64,000 bases of DNA from the human T2T-CHM13v2.0 reference genome, Homo sapiens: assembly GCA_009914755.4 (NCBI GenBank), contig CP068257.2, positions 6,752,001 to 6,816,000 on the forward strand. Reading direction: 5' to 3'. The notes under the pieces were generated by a model that saw nothing but the letters and a program-made list of their open reading frames with translations, was not told the origin of the DNA and ran no database searches. The position numbers were made by a program, and so were the translations under genes. Shown here one piece after another: positions 45,801-61,200 of this stretch. Position 1 is the stretch's first letter, and each line of letters starts with the position of its first letter.

Positions 45801-48800
45801 ATGGAATTTAATGGAATGGAATGGAATAGAATGGTATGGAATCAACCCGAGTGGAATGGTAAAGAATGCAATGTAATGGAACGGAATAGAATGGAATAAA
45901 ATGGATTGGAATGGAATGGAAACAACCCGAGTTGAATGGCATGGAATGGAATGGAATAGAATGGAATGGAATGGAGTAACCGGAGAGGAATGGAATGGAA
46001 TGCAGTGTAATGGAATGGAATAGAATGGAATGGAATGAAATGGAATGGAATAGAATGAAATGGAAAGGAATGGAATAGAAACAACCCGAGTGGAATGGAA
46101 AGGAATGGAATCCACCCGAGTGGAATGGAATGCAATGGAATGGAACTGAATATAATGGAATTGAAAGGAATCATCCCGAGTGGAATGGAATGGTATCTAA
46201 TGCAATGGAGTGGAATGGAACAGAACGGAATGGAATGGAAAGAATAGATTGAATCCAAGTGGAATTGAATGGAATGAAATGGATTGGAAAGGAATGGAAT
46301 GGATTGGTATGGAAAGGAATGGATTTAACCCGAGTGGAATGTAATGGATTGGAATGGAGTGGAATGGAATGGAATGGAATCAACACGAATGGAATGGAAC
46401 GGAATGGAACGGAATGGAATGGAATGGTATGGAATGAAATAGAAAGGAACGGAATAGAATCAACCCAAGTGGAATGGAATTGAATGGAATGGAAGGGAAT
46501 CAACACGAGTGGAATTGAATGGAAAGGAATGCAATGGAATGGAATGGAATGGAATGGAATGGAATGGAATCAACCCGAGTGGAATGGAATGGAATGGAAT
46601 GCAATAGAATGGAATGGAATGGAATGGAATGGAATGGAATGGAATGGAATGGAATGGAATTCAATGGAATCAAACCGAGTGGAATGGAATGCTATGGAAT
46701 GCAATGGAATGGAGTGGAACAGAACGGAATGGAATTGAATGGAATTGACTGAATCCGAGTGGAATTGAACGGAAGGGAATGCATTGGAATGGAATGGAAA
46801 GGATTCAACCCGAGTGGAATGAAATGGAATGGAGTGGAGTGGAAAGGAATGGTATGGATTGGAATGGAATGGAATGGAATCAACACAAAGGGAATGGAAT
46901 GGAATGGAATAGAATGGAAAGGAATGGAATGGAATGGTATGGAATGCAATGTAATGGAATGGAATGGAATGAAATGGAATAAACCCGAATGTAATGGAAT
47001 GGAATGGAATGGAACGGATTGGAATGGAATGGAATGGAATGGAATGGAATGGAATGGAATGGAGTGGAATGGAATGGAAATCAGTCAAACCGAGTGGAAT
47101 GTAATGGAATGGAATGGAATGGAATGGAAAGAGTGCAAAGCAATGCTATCAAAGGGAATGAAATGCATTGGAATGGAATGGAATGGAATCACCCTGAGTG
47201 GAAAGGAATGCAGTGGAATGGAATGGAAAGGATGGAATGGAAAGGAAACTAATGGAACGGAATGGAAACAACCCGAGTGGCATGGAATGCATTGGAATGG
47301 AATGGAATGGAATGGAATGGAATGGAATACAACAAAATGGAAACAACACGAGTGAAATGGCATGGAATGGAAATGACTTGAATATAATGGAATGGATTGG
47401 AATCAACCCGATTAGAAACTAATGGAATGGAATGGAATGGAATGGAACGGAATGGAATCTACACATGTGGAATGGAAAGTAATGGAATTAAATGGATTGG
47501 AATGGAATGTAATGGAATGGAACGGAATGGAATGGAATGGAATGGAATCTACCCGAGTGGAATGGAATGGAATGGAATTTCATGGAATGAAATGGAATAG
47601 AATGGTATGGAATCAACCCGAGTGGAATGGTAAAGAATGCAATGTAATGGAACGGAATGGAATGGAATAAAATGGAATGGAATGGAATGGAAACAACCCG
47701 AGTTGAATGGAATGGAATGGAATGGAATGGAATAACCGGAGAAAAATGGAATGGAATGCAGTGTAATGGAATGGAATAGAATGGAATGGAATGGAAAGGA
47801 ATGGAATAGAATGAAATGGAAAGGAATGGAATAGAAACAACCCGAGTGGAATGGAATGGAATGGATTCCACCCGAGTGGAATGGAATGGAATGGAATGGA
47901 AAGGAATACAATGGAATGGAATGGAACCGTCCCGAGTGGAATGGAATGGTATGGAATGCAATAGAATGTAATGGAACAGAACGGAATGAAATGGAATGGA
48001 ATAGATTGAATGCGAGTGGAATTGAATGGAACGGAATGGATTGGAATGGAATGGAATGGATTGGAGTGGAATGGAATGGAATCAACACGAATGGAACGGA
48101 ATGGAATGGCATGGATTGGAAAGGAACGGAATGGAATCAACCCAAGTGGAATGGAATGGAATGGAATCCACCCGATTGGAATGAAATGGAATGGAATGGA
48201 ATGGAATGTATTGGAATCAACTCGAGTGGAATGGAATGGAATGGAATGGAATGGAATGGAATGGAATGGAATGGAACAGAATCGAATCCAATGGAATCAA
48301 CTGGAATGGAATGGAATGGAATGGAATAAATCCGGGTGGAATGGAATGGAATGTAATGGAGTGCACTGGAATTGAATGGAGTGGAATGGAATGGAATGGA
48401 ATGGAAAGGAATGGAATCAACCCGTATGGAATGGAACGGAATGGAATGGAAAGGAAGGGAATGGAATGGAATGGAACAGAATAGAATGGAATCAGCCCGA
48501 ATGGGATGGAATGGAATGGAATGGAATAGAATGGAATGGAATGGAATGGAATGGAATGGAATGGAATGGAATTCTATGGAATCAACCGTAGTGTAATGTA
48601 AATGAATGGAATATAATGGAATGGAATGGAAGGGAATGGAATCAACCCAAGTGCATTGGAATGGAATGGAATGCAACGGAATCAACCCGAGAGTAATGGA
48701 ATGGAAAGGAATGGAATGGAATGGAAAGAAATGGAATGGAATCAACCCGACAGGAATGGAATGGAATGGTATGGAATCAAACCGAGTGGAATGGAATGGA

Positions 48801-51800
48801 ATGGAATGGAATGGAATGGAATGGAATGGAATGGAATGGAATGGAATTTAATGGAGTGCTATGGAATCAACCCGAGTGGAATGGAATGGAATGGAATGGA
48901 ATGGAATGGAATGGAATGGAATGGGATGGAATGGAATGCAATGGAATGGAATGGAATGGAATGGAATGGAATGGAATGGAATGAACCCGAATGGAATGGA
49001 ATGGAATGGAATTGAATGGATTGCAATGGAATGGAATTGATTCAACCCGAGTGGAATGGAATGGAATCGAGTGGAGTTGAATGGAATGGAGTGGAATGGA
49101 ATGGAATGGAATGGAATGAAATAAACCCGAATGGAATGGAATGGAATGGAATGGAATGGAATGGAATGGAATGGAAAGGAATCAACCCGAGTGGAGTGGA
49201 ATGGAATGGAATTTCATGAAATGGAATGGAATGGAATGGTATGGAATAAACACGACTGGAATGGTATGGAATGGAACGGAATGGAATGGAATAAAATGGA
49301 ATGGAATGGAATGGAATCAACTCGAGTGAAATGGAATGGAATGAAATGGAATGGAAAGGAATGTAATCAACCGGAGTGGAGTGGAATGGAATGGAGTAGA
49401 ATGGAATGGAATGGAATGGAATGGAATGGAATGGAATGGAATGGAATGCAATGGAACACAACAAAATGGAAAAAACCCGAGTGGAATGGCATGGAATGGA
49501 AAGGACTTGAATATAATGGAATGGATTGGTATCATCCCGATTAGAAATTAATGGAATGGAATGGAATGGAAAGGAATGGAATGGAATGGAACCTACACAA
49601 GTGGAATGGAATGAAATGGAAATAAATGGAATGGAATAGAATGGAAAGGAATGGAACGGAATGGAATGGAATGGAATGGAATCTACACGAGTGGAATGGA
49701 ATGGAATGGAATTTAATGGAATGGAATGGAATAGAATGGTATGGAATCAACCCGAGTGGAATGGTAAAGAATGCAATGTAATGGAACGGAATGGAATGGA
49801 ATAAAATGGAATGGAATGGAATGGAAACAACCCGAGTTGAATGGAATGGAATGGAATAACCGGAGAGGAATGGAATGGAATGCAGGGTAATGGAATGGAA
49901 TAGAATGGAATGGAATGGAATGGAATAGAATGAAATGGAAAGGAATGGAATAGAAACAACCCGAGTGGAATGGAATGGAATGGAATCCACCCGAGTGGAA
50001 TGGAATGCAATGGAATTGAACGGAATATAATGGAATTGAATAGAATCATCCTGAGTGGAATGGAATGGTATCTAATGCAATGGAGTGGAATGGAACAGAA
50101 CTGAATGGGATGGAAAGAATAGATTGAATCCAAGTGGAATTGAATGGAATGAAATGGATTCGAAAGGAATGGAATGGATTGGAATGGATTGGAATGGAAA
50201 GGAATGGATTCAACCCGAGTGGAATGTAATGGATTGGAATGGAGTGGAATGGAATGGAATGGAATCAACACGAATGGAATGGAACGGAATGGAATGGAAT
50301 GGTATGGAATGAAATAGAAAGGAACGGAATAGAATCAACCAAAGTGGAATGGAATGGAATGGAATGGAAGGGAATCAACACGAGTGGAATTGAATGGAAA
50401 GGAATGCAATGGAATGGAATGGAATGGAATGGAATGGAATGGAATGGAATTCAATGGAATCAACCCGAGTGGAATGGAATGCTATGGAATGCAATGGAAT
50501 GGAGTGGAACAGAACGGAATGGAATTGCATGGAATTGATTGAATCCGAGTGGAATTGAACGGAAGGGAATGCATTGGAATGGAATGGAAAGGATTCAACC
50601 CGAGTGGAATGTAATGGAATGGAGTGGAGTGGAATGGAATGGTATGGATTGGAATGGAATGGAATGGAATGGAATCAACACAAAGGGAATGGAATGGAAT
50701 GGAATAGAATGGAAAGGAATGGAATGGAATGGTATGGAATGTAATGTAATGGAATGGAATGGAATGAAATGGAATCAACCGGAATGGAATGGAATGGAAT
50801 GGAATGGAAATGAATCAAACCGAGTGGAATGGAATGGAATGGAATGGAAACAATGCCATGCAATGGTATCAACGGGAATGGAATGCATTGGAATGGAATG
50901 GAATGGAATCACCCTGAGTGGATAGGAAAGGAATGGAAGGGAATGGAAAGGAATGGAATGGAATGGAAACTAATGGAAGGGAATGGAAACAACCCGAGTG
51001 GAATGGAATGGAATGGAATGGAATGGAATGGAATGGAATGGAATGGAATACAACAAAATGGAAACAACCCGAGTGGAATGGCATGGAATGGAAAGGACTT
51101 GAATATAATGGAATGGATTGGAATCAACCCGATTAGAAACTAATGGAATGGAATGGAATGGAATGGAATGGAATGGAATGGAATGGATTGGAATTTACCC
51201 GAATGGAATGGAATGTAATGAAATTAAATGGAATGGAAAGGAATGGAAAGGAATGGAATGGAATCTACACGAGTGGAATGGAATTGAATTGAATTTAATG
51301 GAATTGAACGGAATACAATGATATGGAATCAACCCGTGTGGAATGGTATAGAATGTAATGTAATGGAATGGAATGGAATAAAATGGAATGGACTGGAATG
51401 GAAACAAAACGAGTGGAACGGAATGGAATAACCTGAGAGGAATGGAATGGAATGGAGTGGCATGGAATGGAATAGAATGGAATGGAATGGAATGGAATAG
51501 AATGAAATTGAAAGGAATGGAATGGAAACAACCCGTGTGGAATGGAATGGAAAGGAATCAACCTGAAGGGTATGGAATGGAATGGAATGGAATGGAATGG
51601 AATGGAATGGAATGGAATGGAATCAACCAGAGTGGAATGCAATGGAATGAAATGGAATTGAAATGAATGGAATGGAACGGAATGGAACGGAACGGAATTG
51701 AATCGAATGGAATCAACCCAAATTGAAAGGAATGGAATGGAATGGACTGGAATGGAATGGAATGGAATGGAATGGAATGGATTGGAATGGATTCAACACA

Positions 51801-54800
51801 AATGGAATGGAATGGAACGGAATGGAATAGAATGGAAAGGAGTGGAATGCAATTGAATGGAATGAAATGGAATAAACCCGAATGGAATGGAATGGAATGG
51901 AATGGAATTGAGTGGAATGGAATAAACACCAGTGGAATGAAATGGAATGGAATGGAATGGAATGAAATCAACACGAGTAGAACGGAACGGAATGGAATGG
52001 AATGGAAAGGAATGGAATCAACTGGAATGGAATGAAATGGAATGGAATGGAGTGGAATGTAATGGAATGCAATGGAATCAACAAGAGTGAAATGCAAAGG
52101 AATGGAATGGAATGGAATAGAATGGAATGGAATGGAATACAACAAAATGGAAAGAACTCGAGTGGAATGGCAAGGAATGGAAAGGACTTGAATAAAATGG
52201 AATGGATTGGAATCAACCCGATTAGAAACTAGTGGAAAGGAATGGAATGGAATGGAATCTGCCCGAGTGGAATGGAATGGAATGGAATTGAATGGAATGG
52301 AATGGAGTGGAATAGAATAGAATGGAATGGAATGGAACGGAATGGAAGGGAATTGAATGGAATAGAATGGAATCGAATCTACCCGAGTGGAATGGAATGG
52401 AAAGGAATTTAATGGAATGGAAAGGAATGGAATGGAATGGAATGGAATGGAATGGAATGGAATGGAATGGAATAAACACCAGTGGAATGAAATGGAATGG
52501 AATGGAATGGAATGCAATGGAATGGAATGGAATGGAGTGGAATGGAATAAACACCAGTGGAATGAAATGGAATGGAATGGAATGGAATGCAATGGAATGG
52601 AATGGAATGGAATGGAATGGAATGGAAACTACTGGAATGGAATGGAAACAACCCGAGTGGAATGGAATGCAATGGAATGGAATGGAATGGAATGACACGG
52701 AATGGAATGGAATGGACTGGAATGGAATTTAAAGGAATGGAATGGAATCAACCCGACTGGAATGGAATGGAATGTAAAGCAGTGAATGGAATGTAATGGA
52801 ATGAAATGGAATGGAATGGAATGGTATGCAATGCAGTGGAATGGATTTGAATGGAATGGAATGGAACGGAACGGAACGGAATGGAATGGAATGGAATGGA
52901 ATGGAATGGAATGGACACCAATGGAATGGAATGGAATTGAATGGAATGGAATGGAATGGATTGGAATGGATGGGAATGGAATGGAACGGAATTAACCGGA
53001 GTGGAATGCAATGGAATGGAATGGAGTGGAATGGAATCAACCCGAGTGGAATGGAATGGAATGGAATGGAATGGAATGGAATGGAATGGAATGGAATGGA
53101 ATGGAATGGAATCAACACGAATGGACTGGAACGAAATGGAATGGAATGGATTGGAATGGAATGGAATGGAATGGAATGGAATGGAATGGAATGGAATAGT
53201 ATGGTATGGAATGAAATGGAAAGAAACAGAATGGAATCAACCCAAGTGGAGTGGAATAGAATGGAATGGAAGGGAATCAATACGAGTCAAATGGAATGGA
53301 GTGGAATGCTATGGAATGGAATGGAATGAAATGAAATGGAATGTAATGGAATGGAATGGAATTCAAGGGAATCAATCCGAGTGGAATGGAATGGTATGGA
53401 ATGCAATGGAATGGAGTGGAACAGAACGGAATGGAATGGAATGGAATTGATTGAATCCGAATGGAATTGAATGGAAGGGAATGCATTGGAATGGAATAGA
53501 AAGGATTCAACCCGAGTGGAAAGTAATGGATTGGAATGGAATGGAAAGGAATGGAATGGAATCAACACAAATGGAATGGAATGGAATGGAAAGGAATGGA
53601 TTGCAATGGAATGGAATGGAATGGAATGGAATGGAATGGAATGGAAATGAAAGGAATGGAATGCAATGGAATGGAATGGAATGCAATGGAATGGAATGGA
53701 ATGCAATGGAATGGAATGGAATGAAATGAAATAAACCCGAATGGAATGGAATGGAATGGAATGCAATGCCATGGAATGGAATGGAATGGAGTGGAATGGA
53801 ATAAACAGAAGTGGAATGAATTGGAATGGAATGAAATGGAATGGAATGGAATGGAATGGACTGGAATGAAATAAACCCGAGTAGAATGGAACGGAATGGA
53901 TTGGAATGGAAAGGAATTGAATAAACTGGAATGGAATGAAATGGAATGGAAGGGAGTGGAATGGAATGGAATACAATGGAATCAACACGAGTGGAATGCA
54001 ATGCAACGGAAGGGAAAGGAATGGAATGGAACGGAACCAACCCGAGTGGAGTGGAATAAAGTGGAATGGAATGGAGTATGATCAACCTGAGTGGAACGGA
54101 ATGCAATGGAATGGAATGGAATGGAATGGTTTCAACCAGAGTGGAATGGAATGGAATGGAATGGAACGGAATGGAATGCAATGGAGTCAACACGAATGGA
54201 CTGGAACGTAATGGAATGGAATGGAATGGAATGGTATGGTTTGGAATGAAATGGAAAGGAACGGAATGGAATCAACCCAAGTGGAGTGGAATAGAATGGA
54301 ATGGAAGGGAATGAAGACGAGTCAAATGGAATGGAATGGAATGCAATGGAAAGGAATGGAATGCAATGAAATGGAATGGAATGGAATGGAATGGAATGCA
54401 ATGGAATGGAATGGAATTCAGTGAAATGGAATGGAAAAGAATGGAATGGAATAGAATGGAATCTACTGTAATGGAATGGAAACAACCTGAGTGGAATGGA
54501 ATGCAATGGAATGGAATGGAATGGAATGGAATGGAATGGAATGGAAAGGAACGGAATGTAAAGGAATGGAATGGAATCAACCCGACTGGAATGGAATGGA
54601 ATGGAAAGGAATGAATGGAATGGAATGGAATGGAATGGAATGGAATGGAATGGAATGGAATGGAATTGTATGGAATACAATGATATGGAATTGAATGGAA
54701 TGGAACGGAATGGAACGGAATGGAATGGAATGGACCCCAATGGAATGGAATGGAATGGAATGGATTGGAATGGAATGGAACGGAATTAACCCGAGTGGAA

Positions 54801-55285
54801 TGGAATGGAATGGAATGGAGTGGAATGGAATGGAATGGAATGGAATGGAATGGAATGGAAAGGAATCAACCCGAGTGGAATGCAATGAAATGGAATGCAA
54901 TGGAATGGAATGGTATGGAATCAACCCTAGTGAAATGGTATGGAATGGAATGGAATGGAACAGAATGGAATGGAATCATCCCGAATGGAATGGAAAGGAA
55001 TGGAGAGGAATGGTACGGTATGGAATGGAATGGAAAGGAATCAACCCGAAGGTTATGGAATGGAATGCAATGGAATGGAATGGAATCAACCCGAGTGGAA
55101 TGCAATCGAATAAAATGGAATGGAATGAAACGGAAAGGAACGGAATGGAACGGAATTGAAAGGAATGGAATCAAACCGAGTGGAAAGGAATGGAATGGAA
55201 TGAAATGCAATGGTGTGGAATGGAATGGAAAGGAATAACATGCAATCGACTTTAGTGGAATGGTATGGAATGGAATAATATGCAA
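39891..55285. repeat. Higher-order repeat unit copy 3 (15,395 bp; A block 39891-47396 plus B block 47397-55285).
   Basis: 39300-48600 is near-identical to 54695-64000 at offset 15,385-15,395. This was checked at nucleotide level around 39266 vs 54661. Multi-hundred-codon identical spurious ORFs also confirm it (40852-41703 vs 56247-57098; 41638-42231 vs 57033-57626). Confidence 0.8.
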
Positions 55286-58200
55286 TCAACTTTGGTGGAA
55301 TGGTATAGAATGGAATGGAATGGAAAGGAATCAACCTGAAGGGTATGGAATGGAATGGAATGGAATGGAATGGAATGGAATTGAATTGAATGGAATGGAA
55401 TGGAATGGAATCAACCAGAGGGGAATGCAATGAAATGAAATGGAATGGAATGGAACGGAAAGCAATGGAACGGAACGGAATTGAATGGAATGGAATGAAC
55501 CCGAGTGGAAAGGAATGGAATGGAATGGAATGGAATGGAATGGAATAACATGCAATCAACTTTGGTGGAATGGTATGGAATGGAATGGAATGGAATGGAA
55601 TCGAATGGAATGGAATCAACCCGAGTGGAATGCAATGGAATGAAAAGGAATGGAATGGAACGGAACGGAACGGAACGGAACGGAATGGAATGGAATGGAA
55701 TCAACCCGAGGGGAAAAGAATGGAATGGAATGGAATGGAATGGAATGGAATGGAATGGAATGGAATGGAATAAAAGGGCATGGAATGGAATGGAATCATC
55801 CCGAGGGGAATGGAATGGAATGGAATGGAATGGAATGGAATGGAATGGAATGGAATGGAATGGAATCAACCTGAGTTGAACGGAATGGAATGGAATGGAA
55901 TGGAATGGAATGGAATGGTATCAACCAGAGTGGAATGGAATGGAATTGAATGGAATGGAACGGAATGGAATGCAATGGAATCAACTGGAATGGAATGGAA
56001 TTGAATGAAATGGAATGGAATCAACCTCAGTCAAATAGAATGGAATGGAATGGAATGGAATGGAATGGAATGGAATGGAATGGAATGGAATGGAAGGGAA
56101 AGGAACGGAATGGAATCAACCCGAGTGGAATGGAATGGAATGGAATGGAATCCACCCGAGTGGAATGGAATGGAATGGAATGCAATGGAATTGAACGGAA
56201 TATAATGGAATTAAATGGAATCATCCCGTGTGGAACAGATTGGTATCTAATGCAATGGAATGGAATGGAACAGAACGGAATGGAATGGAAGAATAGATTG
56301 AATCCAATTGGAATTGAATGGAATGGAATGGATTGGAAAGGAATGGAATGGATTGCAATGGATTGGAATGGAAAGGAATGGATTCAGCCCGAGTGGAATG
56401 TAATGGATTGGAATGGAATGGAATGGAATGGAATGGAATGGAATGGTATGGAATGAAATGGAAAGGAACGGAACAGAATCAACACAAGTGGAATGGAATG
56501 GAAAGGAATGCAATTGAATGGAATGGAATGGAATGGAATGGAATGGAATGGAATGGAATGGAATCAACCCGAGTGGAGTAGAATGGAATGGAATGGAATG
56601 AACCGCAGTGGAATGGAATGGAATGGAATGCAATAGAATGGAATGGAATGGAAAGGAATGGAATTCAATGGAATCAACCCGAGTGGAATGGAATGGTATG
56701 GAATGCAATGGAATGGAGTGGAACAGAACGGAATGGAATGGAATGGAAATGATTGAATCTGAGTGGAATTGAATGGAAGGGAAAGCATTGGAAAGGAATG
56801 GAAAGGATTCAACCCGAGTGGAATGTAATGGATTGGAATGGAGTGGAATGTAATGGAATGGATTGGAATGGAATGGAATCAACACAAATGGAAAGGAATG
56901 GAATGGAATGGAATAGAATGGAAAGGAATGGAATGCAATGGAATGGAATGGAATGGAATGAAATGGAATAAACCCGAATGGAATGGAATGGAATGGAATG
57001 GAATGGAATGAATTGGAATAAACCCGAGTGGAATGGAATGGAATGGAATGGAAAGGAATGGAATGGAGTGGAATGGAATGGACTGGAATGGAATGCAAAG
57101 TAATGGAATGGAACCAACCCGACTGGAATGGAATGGAATGGAATGGAAAGGAATGAATGGAATGGAATGGAATGGAATGGTATGGAATGCAATCGGATGG
57201 AATTCAATGGAATGGAACACAATGGAATGGAATGGAATGGAATGGGCCCCAATGGAATGTAATGTAATGGAATGGATTGGAATGGAATGGAATGGAATTA
57301 ACCCGAGTGGAATGGAATGTAATGGAATGGAATGGAATGGAATCAACCCGAGTGGAAAGGAATGGCATGCAATCGAATGGAATGGAATGGAATCAATCCA
57401 AGAGGAATGGAATGGAATGAAATGGAAAGCAATGGAATGGAATGGAATGGAATGGAATGGAATGGAATGGAATGGAATGGAATGGAATCAACCCGAGTGG
57501 AAAGGAATGGCATGCAATCGAATGGAATGGAATGGAATGGAATCAATCCAAGAGGAATGGAATGGAATGGAATGGAATGCAATGGAATGGAATGGAATGG
57601 AATGGAATGGAATGGAATGGAAATGAATCAAACCGAGTGGAATGTAATGTAATGTAATGGAATGGAATGGAATTTAAACAATGCAATGCAATGGTATCAA
57701 CTGGAATGGAATGCATTGGAATCGAATGGAATGGAATCACCCAGAGTTTAAAGGAATGGAATGGAATGGAATGGAATGGAATGGAATGGAATGGAAAGGA
57801 ATGGAATGGAATGGAAACTACAGGAACCGAAAAGAAAGAACCCGAGTGGAATGGAATGCAATGCAATGGAAAGGAATGGAATGGAATGGAATGGAACGGA
57901 ATAAAATGGAATGGAATGGAATCATCCCGAGTGGAATGGAATGACATGGAATGCAATAGAATGGAATGGAACAGAACGGAATGAAATGGAATGGAATAGA
58001 TTGAATGCGAGTGGAAATGAATGGAACGGAATGGATTGGAATGGAATGGAATGGATTGAAGTGGAATGGAATGGAATCAACACGAATGGAATGGAACGGA
58101 ATGGCAGGGATTGGAAAGGAACGGAATGGAATCAACCCGAGTGGAATGGAATGGAATGGAATCCACCCGATTGGAATGAAATGGAATGCAATGTAATGGA

Positions 58201-61200
58201 ATGCATTGGAATCAACTCGAGTGGAATGGAATGGAATGGAATGGAATGGAATGGAATGGAATGGAAGAGAATCGAATCCAATGGAATCAACTGGAATGGA
58301 ATGGAATGGAATGGAATGGAATGGAATGGAATGGAATGGAATCAATCCGGGTGGAATGGAATGGAATGGAATGGAGTGCACTGGAATTAAATGGAGTGGA
58401 ATGGAATGGAATGGAATCAACCCGTATGGAATGGAACGGAATGGAATGGAAAGGAATGGAATGGAATGGAATGGAATGGAATGGAATGGAACAGAATAGA
58501 ATGGAATCAGCCCAAATGGGATGGAATGGAATGGAATGGAATGGAATGGAATGGAATGGAATGGAATGGAATGGAATGGAATGGAATACAACAAAATGGA
58601 AACAACCCGTGTGGAATGGCATGGAATGGAAAGGACTTGAATATAATGGAATGGATTGGTATCAACCCGATTAGAAATTAATGGAATGGAATGTAATAGA
58701 ATTAAATGGAATGGAATAGAAAGGAATGGAATGGAACGGAATGGAATGGAATGGAATGCAATGGAATCTACACGAGTGGAATGGAATGGAATGGAATTTA
58801 ATTGAATGGAATGGAATAGAATGGTATGGAATCAACCGGAGTGGAATGGTAAAGAATGCAATGTACTGGAACGGAATGGAATGGAATAAAATGGATTGGA
58901 ATGGAAAGGAAACAACCCGAGTTGAATGGAATGGAATGGAATGGAATGGAATGGAATGGAATGGAATGGAATGGAATCAACCCGAGTGGAGTAGAATGGA
59001 ATGGAATGGAATGGAATGAACCGCAGTGGAATGGAATGGAATGGAATGCAATAGAATGGAATGGAATGGAATGGAATGGAATTCAATGGAATCACCCAGA
59101 GTGGAGTGGAATGGTATGGAATGCAATGGAATGGAGTGGAACAGAACGGAATGGAATGGAATGGAAATGATTGAATCTGAGTGGAATTGAATGGAAGAGA
59201 AAGCATTGGAAAGGAATGGAAAGGATTCAACCCGAATGGAATGGAATGGATTGGAATGGAGTGGAATGGAATGGAATGGAATGGAATGGAATCAACACAA
59301 ATGGAATGGAATGGAATGGAAGGGAATGGAATGCAATGGAATGGAATGGAATGGAATGGAATTAAATGGAATAAACCGGAATGTAATGTAATGGAATGGA
59401 ATGGAATGGAATGGAATGGAATGGAATGGAATGGAATGGAAACTACTGGAACCGAATGGAAAGAACCCGAGTGGAATGGAATGGAATGGAATGGAATGGA
59501 ATGGAATGGAATGGAACGGAATAAAATGGAATGGAATGGAATCATCCCGAGTGGAATGGAATGGCATGGAATGCAATAGAATGGAATGGAACAGAACGGA
59601 ATGAAATGGAATGGAATAGATTGAATGCGAGTGGAATTGAATGGAACGGAATGGATTGGAACGGAATGGAATGGATTGAAGTGGAATGGAATGGAATCAA
59701 CACGAATGGAATGGAACGGAATGGCAGGGATTGGAAAGGAACGGAATGGAATCAACCCGAGTGGAATGGAATGGAATGGAATCCACCCGATTGGAATGAA
59801 ATGGAATGGAATGTAATGGAATGCATTGGAATCAACTCGAGTGGAATGGAATGGAATGGAATGGAATGGAATGGAACAGAAATGAATCCAATGGAATCAA
59901 CTGGAATGGAATGGAATGGAATGGAATGGAATGGAATGGAATGGAATGGAATCAATCCGGGTGGAATGGAATGGAATGGAATGGAGTGCACTGGAATTGA
60001 ATGGAGTGGAATGGAATGGAATGGAATCAACCCGTATGGAATGGAACGGAATGGAATGGAAAGGAATGGAATGGAATGGAATGGAATGGAACAGAATAGA
60101 ATGGAATCAGCCCAAATGGGATGGAATGGAATGGAATGGAATGGAATGGAATGGAATGGAATGGAATGGAATGGAATGGAATGGAATTCTATGGAATCAA
60201 CCGTAGTGTAATGTAAATGAATGGAATATAATGGAATGGAATGGAAGGGAATGGAATCAACCCAAGTGCATTGGAATGGAATGGAATGCAACGGAATCAA
60301 CCCGAGAGTAATGGAATGGAAAGCAATTGAATGGAATGGAAAGGAATGGAATGGAATCAACCCGACAGGAATGGAATGGAATGGTATGGAATCAAACCGA
60401 GTGGAATGGAATGGAATGGAATGGAAAGGAATGCAATGGAATGGAATGGAAAGGAATGGAATGGAATGGAATGGAAAGAACCCGAATGGAAAGGAATGGA
60501 ATGGAATTGAATGGATTGGAATGGAATGGAATTGAATCAACCCGAGTGGAATGGAATGGAATCGAGTGGAGTTGAATGGAATGGAATGGAATGGAATAAA
60601 ATAAACCCGAATGGAATGGAATGGAATGGAATGGAATGGAATGGAATGGAAAGGAATCAACCTGAGTGGAGTGGAATGGAATGGAATTTCATGAAATGGA
60701 ATGGAATGGAATGGTATGGAATAAACACGAGTGGAATGTTATGGAATGCAAAGGAATGGAACGGAATGGAATGGAATAAAATGGAATGGAATGGAATGGA
60801 ATCAACTCGAGTGAAATGGAATGGAATGAAATGGAATGGAAAGGAATGAAATCAACCGGAGTGCAGTGGAATGGAATGGAGTGGAATGGAATGGAATGGA
60901 ATGGAATGGAATGGAATGGAATGGAATGGAATGGCATGGAATGGAATGCAATGGAATACAACAAAATGGAAACAACCCGTGTGGAATGGCATGGAATGGA
61001 AAGGACTTGAATATAATGGAATGGATTGGTATCAACCCGATTAGAAATTAATGGAATGGAATGTAATAGAATTAAATGGAATGGAATAGAATGGAATGGA
61101 ACGGAACGGAATGGAATGGAATGGAATGGAATGGAATGGAATGGAATGGAATGGAATGGAATCTACACGAGTGGAATGGAATGGAATGGAATTTAATGGA

